Shown here piece by piece: positions 57,988 to 64,000 of a stretch of 64,000 bases of DNA; positions within the stretch are counted from its first letter, which is position 1; every line of letters starts with the position of its first letter. The DNA is from Pavona decussata. Its lineage: Eukaryota. The position numbers and the translations under genes were made by a program. Under the pieces are notes generated by a model. It saw only the letters and a list, made by a program, of their open reading frames with translations, ran no database searches and had not been told where the DNA came from. The stretch spans positions 930,001-994,000 of the forward strand of contig CDRNST010000040.1 in the NCBI GenBank assembly GCA_977016875.1, read 5' to 3'.

Positions 57988-60633
57988 AATCTAAGAGGAG
58001 AAATCGTAAGTCTTGCAGTTTCAATCTCAGTTTTAATTACATGTACTGAAAATGAACAAACTAACAAACAAACAAACCAGCAGAGACTGAGAATGCAAAT
58101 TAGGATACCCATATTTTATTACTTTGTCAATAGGACAAATAAACGAGAGTGCCTTAGTAAACGATTCAAATCACCGAAATAAATTTATAATCCGTAAACT
58201 TTGCATTTTCGACATGCCCGAGTAATGAATTGTGGACATCACTTACCAGGAGGAACTGGCGGAATTGTTTCAACTACTAGATACAGTGTTTGTTCTTCCA
58301 ACTATGTTTTAAAGTTGGATGACTCTTTCGAGAGCACTTTCGACAATTCTGATTATTTATTGTTTATGTGAATAACTCCTTTCCGAAGCGCCAGCCGTCA
58401 TATTTAAGTCACCTCGTTTCGAGGTAGTACTTGGTGTAAGACTTCCCAAAACGTCTCGGTATATATGAGCGTAACACCTTAAAAAGTGCATACTTTTGAC
58501 AGCCTTATCATTTACCGTCCGAGAAAATTCTAAAATGGATACAAATACGAGTATATTTCGTTAACAAAAGACTTTTAACACTATATCCATTGTAACTGAC
58601 TTCATCGTTCTTAGATTTTACAACGTGAAGACGATCCAGTCTTGAACCTTTTAAGCCTTAACAGTGATCAACACCAAATTTCTCCTTGTAATATTTAACA
58701 ATTATTAGTCGACGGCGAAGTAAATATCAGTGAATTTTCTCAGAGACGAAGTCGAGGGGATTATTCACCAATGTTTACTGAGCCTGAGGAGAAATTGTTT
58801 TAGTATGATTACTCAGGTGATTATCCGAGAAAAACCAGTACCGTTCGAAAATTGTCAATTTTGTTTGTTTGTTTGTTTGTTTGTTTCAAATTGCCACACG
58901 TCAATTTAGAGAGGCACGCAATCTGCCGATCACAAGCAGTATGTCCGGTCAATATTCTTAGCTTCTCTGTCGTTTCAATAAGAAAAAGCATTCATTTGAC
59001 TTCTTCAGTGAATGAATGGGTTTCTCCTCTCCGTTTACCAAATAGATGGAGGTGAACCAAGCTGTTTAGTGTAAAACTTGACGATGACGCGTATTAGCAC
59101 TTTGTCGTACAATTTCTTGTTGATGACTTCACCGGTTAACGGACTTTTATAAATTTCCCTCGAAGATAAGCTGCTTTAGGTAGGAATTAAGTCCTTTATT
59201 GGCTTCACCAAACAGGTCCACAGTTGTCCCAGATCAAAATTTTTTGTTGTCTGCGGTGAGTTCAGATGGTGGTTGAGAGCCGCTCGAACCGACATCAAAC
59301 TAGTTTTCTTATAAAAAACTGCTGTCTTTTCTCCTCAATCAGAAACGTAAATCGTAGAGACCTTTTTTCATCTCCTGTACTTCCATTCTTTCAAATTGTC
59401 TTAAATTCGTTTTGTTGATGAAACCGTTCTGTTAAAGACTGAAAATTATGTGCAAATTTAATTTGCTGTTTTCATGTTAGACTGGTATCGACATCGACAA
59501 CATTTCCAATACAATTTACATTTTTTTTTTATTACAATTAGCAAAACGTTCATATCTTGCCTTCGAAAAGTGTCACTCCGAACTAAAAAGCATTTTAAGT
59601 GCCTTTCGGAATTGCATTTTCTTTCATCGCATTTACCTCAGAAACATCAACAACTCGCTAAGCGGTCATTTTAAAAATCACTGGTCCGCTATAATCACCT
59701 CGCGCGAGGTGATTATAAAAGGATATGATGCAATTTTCGACCAATCAGATCAACAGAATCTCTATAATCACCTGATTATTATACTAACAATGCTTATTCA
59801 ACCCCTGATGTCACAAGGATTAAGGATATGACCACCAAATGTGAATTTTCTTGATATTTTAATAACTCTCCACAGTAATTTTATAAGAAAAGTATGGGAA
59901 AAAGACAGGAGAATTTGTTCTTTGACATTAGGGGTTAAAGCGTTAACCAAAATATGTTTCCTGACAAATTGTGTATTTGATGCTTGCATGCCGATTAAAT
60001 TGGGGCCAAAAAGTCGCTTATTTTAATCAAGACTTTTTTTAGCATGTCGGCTAATGGATTTTCGAAATGGTTTCAATTCTATTTTGGGCCTGTTTCCATT
60101 CGGTAGCTAATTGCGTATTACCTTTTTGTGCTTTTAGTTTGCTTTTTGTTTTTGAGTTTTATTGTTGTTGTGGTCCGGACATGAATATTGGTAATTGAGA
60201 TCTGTTTCGCATAATTTGAGTTAAGATTGAAAAGCGAAACCGATCAAAGTAGAAAAACAGACGCATGGTTAAAAAGTAATTCAATTAGACAAATGATCTT
60301 TCATTATGGAAAAACCAGTAAGAAGAAACACTGCCGATTAATGAACACTGAACATAGCGGACTACTTTTGTTGTTACAGATGTGTACATCGATTTGTTTA
60401 CGTAAAGCTGTCCATAGGCAGTTTTCCGCTCTTTAATATGTTTTCTGACCTTTTATCACACAATTCGTCTTTCTAATTGCTTTTCGCAATTAGGTTTTGT
60501 TTCCCTGACGGAACCAATTACTCGCCCTCTTTAAAAGAGTGCATGAAAAGCATTTAAAGTGAAGTTCAAAATACACAAGGAGCCAGTTGACAAGTACTGT
60601 AGTTGAAAAGAACGTAAAACAGGCCCTAGGAAG

Positions 60634-61677
60634 ATGAATTCTAGCGAGACTCACCAGAGCCAAAGTCCACAATCGTTGACCGAATGTGACTTGTTTCTTT
60701 TTCTGGGCGGAAGGCTTGATCCTACTAACACCAGAGCTTACGCGGCGCTCGTGTGCATAGCGATCTTCAGCCTTGTCACCTTTCCGATTGTCACTGTTTT
60801 GAACGCACTTGTCATAGCGGCTATCAGCACAAAACCGCCGCTGAAAACCATGTCTAACATTGCACTCGGCTGTTTGGCAACCACCGATGGGTTAACGGGA
60901 ATGATTGGTCAACCTCTGTTTGCTGTGTGGATATTAACAACTCTACAAGGAGAGGGGTATGCTTATTGCTCGTTGCAAAATTTATCTAGAAACTCACTCA
61001 GGGTATTGATTGGCGCATCTTTTTTCCATCTGGTCTTGTTGAATCTGGAGCGGTACATAGCAATAAAACACTCTTTAGAATACAACACTATGGTGACCAA
61101 ATTTCGCATACTTATTTCTTCCTCTATCGCCTGGATAACAATGTCACTCCTTACTATATCTTTAACCATCGTAGACAATACCGTTTACGTAACGGTATCT
61201 AATATTATCTTGTGTGTATGTATGGCCGTCACTGTCTTCTGTCAAGTCGTTCTTGGTTGCGAGACTCGCCGCCACGAAAGAGAAATCGCTGCTCATTATG
61301 CCTCTGTGGGAGCAAGACAAAAATTCTTAAAAGAGAAAAAGGCTTTAAAAGTAACAACTACTGTACTATTAATGTTGGTCTTGACATATTCGCCTATATT
61401 GATCGTTCGATTACTAATAATAAAATCAGTTATCGTCTCAGTAAGCACAGCTTACATTGCTTTCTTCATCGCAACGTTTGTGTTAATTCTCAATTCGTTT
61501 ATTAACCCGGTAATTTACTGTGTCAGAATGAGACAATTTCGTGTAGCGTTTATGGAAATTGCTGTCAGGAAGCGTAGCACAGAAACTGAGAAAATTAAAT
61601 CTGTGACAGCAATTGAAGAAGGACGGAAAACAGGAGAACAACAACACAACACAAAACCGGGAACCTGTTTCGCTTGA
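60634..61677 (+). CDS. Intronless class A (rhodopsin-family) GPCR, 347 aa
   Basis: Seven hydrophobic segments, TM1 N, TM2 LA..D, TM3 LERY, TM4 W, TM6 TYSP, TM7 NSFINPVIY, helix 8 FR.AF. Confidence 0.93.
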   Translation: MNSSETHQSQSPQSLTECDLFLFLGGRLDPTNTRAYAALVCIAIFSLVTFPIVTVLNALVIAAISTKPPLKTMSNIALGCLATTDGLTGMIGQPLFAVWILTTLQGEGYAYCSLQNLSRNSLRVLIGASFFHLVLLNLERYIAIKHSLEYNTMVTKFRILISSSIAWITMSLLTISLTIVDNTVYVTVSNIILCVCMAVTVFCQVVLGCETRRHEREIAAHYASVGARQKFLKEKKALKVTTTVLLMLVLTYSPILIVRLLIIKSVIVSVSTAYIAFFIATFVLILNSFINPVIYCVRMRQFRVAFMEIAVRKRSTETEKIKSVTAIEEGRKTGEQQHNTKPGTCFA

Positions 61678-61689
61678 TGTTGCTATGAA

Positions 61690-62330
61690 CAAAAAACAAT
61701 CAGCAACGACAACAATGTGAAGGATAACAACAGCAACAACAACAGCCGCAGAAAAAAAAGCGGTTAGAGTTAACGATAGAGTTGTTTTCAATAGAGTATC
61801 GTAGAACCAATCACAACCGGACGTAAAGAGCGTAATGAACCATGCAAAATTCAAAGCAAATATTTGTAACCGGTGTCAAGCGAGGGAAAGCGCATGTGAG
61901 CAAGACACCATTGGTTTGGGTTTGGTTTCTGGTTGGTTAAGAATATGGCGCGAGTTTCGCTAGCTAATGACAGAGCGTATTAAACCAAAACCAGAGCAAA
62001 CGTGCAATGCGTTCGACACAACTGAAAAGCGTTCTAACTGCTTTGAAATCTTTTACAATGACGACGGCCATAACAACAACTTTAATAACAAAATTAGCAA
62101 CAATAAAGTAATTAAAACAACGACAATTATAACACGAACAACAGGAGAGAAAACAACAACGACTGCAACAACATCTGCAACAACACTGTTGACCAAAGCG
62201 GTGGAGTACCTTAACCCTGGCAGTCACAGTACTCAGAAAAGTAACAGAAGGATATTCAACAACAAACATCTTCCAAAGCAGTAAACAAGACCTACAACTG
62301 AAAACTACCACAAATTATCATCACTATTTA
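61690..62330. repeat. Degenerate AAC/ACA-rich low-complexity tract interrupted by an interspersed repeat (about 61780-62040)
   Basis: Runs of CAACAA/ACAACA. Confidence 0.6.
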
Positions 62331-63373
62331 CAACCAAGTAAAACTGTGACATGTACCATAATGCCTTTTTGCAAGTTGCAATCAAAATTTTGACTCGCTA
62401 ATGGGAAAAGGAATCAGGGAAAGCCTTTTTGTTTGCCTAGGATGCTCTCCTATGTCTTGATATGATATGATTTCTTCAGTTAAACATATAAGTGGTTCAT
62501 TTCGAATAAGGGTTTGGGGAGCTAAGTAACAATGGAAGCTTAGTATCAATTGGCCAAAAAGGAACTCATATGTTATTAATGCATCATGTAAGCTTCTTTT
62601 AGTAACTGTATACACTACGTTTTAAAATTTGTTGCACAACTTCCACGCAAACTATCACGTACTGATAGAGCTACGAGAGAAAATAAAGTATAGAATTGTT
62701 CTTGTAGGTATAGTGGTTGTTCATGACTGCAGGAACACGGACAACTGTGCAAATGTTCAGACACTTTTATTGCGGGAAAAATCTTTTGGTTTTTAATTTT
62801 TAACGTATACGTTGCTAAATTTCTGAAAAAGACAAAAGAAAACAAAGAAAAAAACACTACTCTCCCACCCGGAAAAGAAAAACTGCTTCACATTTTTTGT
62901 AACTCCGCTTCAAGCCGTGGTACGAGTGTTGAATTTCCCTTCTTATTCGAGTCCAATTAAGACATTCATGTCAAGTTATAATCTCTAGACTTATCCGTTT
63001 CTTCGTAGCATACGTATTTTAAAAGACTGAAAGGTCTCTCAGTCAACTGGTGCCGATACCTTGGTTCTTTTTACATTGTCTTCAACCAAGTTGAACAGCT
63101 GGATTGGAGATCACTCATTGAAAGAAACATTCAATACGGTATAAACAAAAGCCTCCATGTGATACTTCTTTTTTCAGAAACAAAACCCTGTTTCCGGTGA
63201 ACAAATTAACTTTCAAACTTATATCAACCATGAGTGCTATTTTTAATTGATTTTTCGCTAAAACTGTCGGAAGAACCCCGGGAGACAGATTAGTAATAGT
63301 ATTTGCAAAATTTCATCCATGCACAGTCAATTCGCGTGTGTGCAAAAGTGCTTTTGTCTTCTCCGCTTCCACC

Positions 63374-64000
63374 ATGACGTCGTGTTCACTGCACTACCTT
63401 TCGTCGAGTTTCAACATGACTTTGATTACAATATGTTGCATTTCTGGAGTTTTGGCCTTTGTAGAAAATACAGTCGTTCTTTTATCCGTGCGGAAAATCC
63501 ACTCACTGCGACCAACTGCAAGATACTTCATGACTTCGCTAGCTGCGGCCGAACTTCTCTCAGGGGTAACAGGGAACGCTTTCTTTTCTTCATGATTAAT
63601 TTTGAATCATCTCAGGCACGATACAAGTTATTTCCCTTGGAAAACCGAGACTGTTGTTTGGATGTTTACCACCGTATCTGTAATATACAATTTAGTTAAT
63701 GTCGCGTTGGATAGATACATCGCGATAACTTTGCCGCTACAGTATCACACGAGAATGGATTTAACAAGATGCGTTATGTTAATAGCTTTCGCGTGGATTT
63801 TGGCTTTTTCCAGTTCATTTCCACTGTATTTAGTCCCTGAGAAGCACTTGCCATATGTTTGGATTTGTGAAAGTATTTTTGCTGTACTAATCCCGTTTTG
63901 TGTAATAGCCGTTTGCTATTTTAAAATCTACCGAGCGACGAAAAGTACCTTTCGCCTTCGCCAGAATATCACGGATGCTCAACAGATTGCAGAGAATAAG
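63374..64000 (+). pseudogene. Second intronless class A GPCR with an in-frame TGA (63593-63595), truncated by the window end
   Basis: ccaccATG, then TM1 ENTVV, TM2 SLAAAE, TGA, and in the same frame LDRYIAI..PLQY, TM4 AWIL, TM5 LIPF..CYFKIY, open to the window end. Confidence 0.8.

Noticed and set aside
61964-62311. Thr/Asn-rich and Cys/Val-rich ORFs
   Set aside because: By-products of AAC-rich low-complexity sequence.

Overview
AT-rich, intron- and repeat-rich animal DNA, most likely a cnidarian such as a stony coral (inferred from repeat types and gene content, not proven). Three assembly gaps: about 13143-13313, 36575-36723 and 56633-56761. Most of the window (9575-56987, + strand) is one large spliced gene, reconstructed by hand as 37 coding exons with GT-AG boundaries and consistent phases (6477 nt, about 2158 aa). 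It encodes an apparently secreted mosaic protein: signal peptide, FN2, a CBM67-like (rhamnose-binding/fungal-lectin type) domain, F5/8 type C, three [vWA + 2 TSR] cassettes and 14 further atypical TSRs. The 3' TSR array is built from recently duplicated, out-of-register exon pairs, with a recombination scar and decoy exon fragments. The introns hold a near-intact antisense Penelope-like retroelement with a hammerhead ribozyme, other hammerhead-like motifs, an Academ(H)-like TIR element carrying a RecQ helicase fragment, a Harbinger derivative with a MADF remnant, and many MITEs and tRNA-SINEs. Downstream are an intronless class A GPCR (60634-61677) and a second GPCR with an in-frame TGA that runs off the window end.
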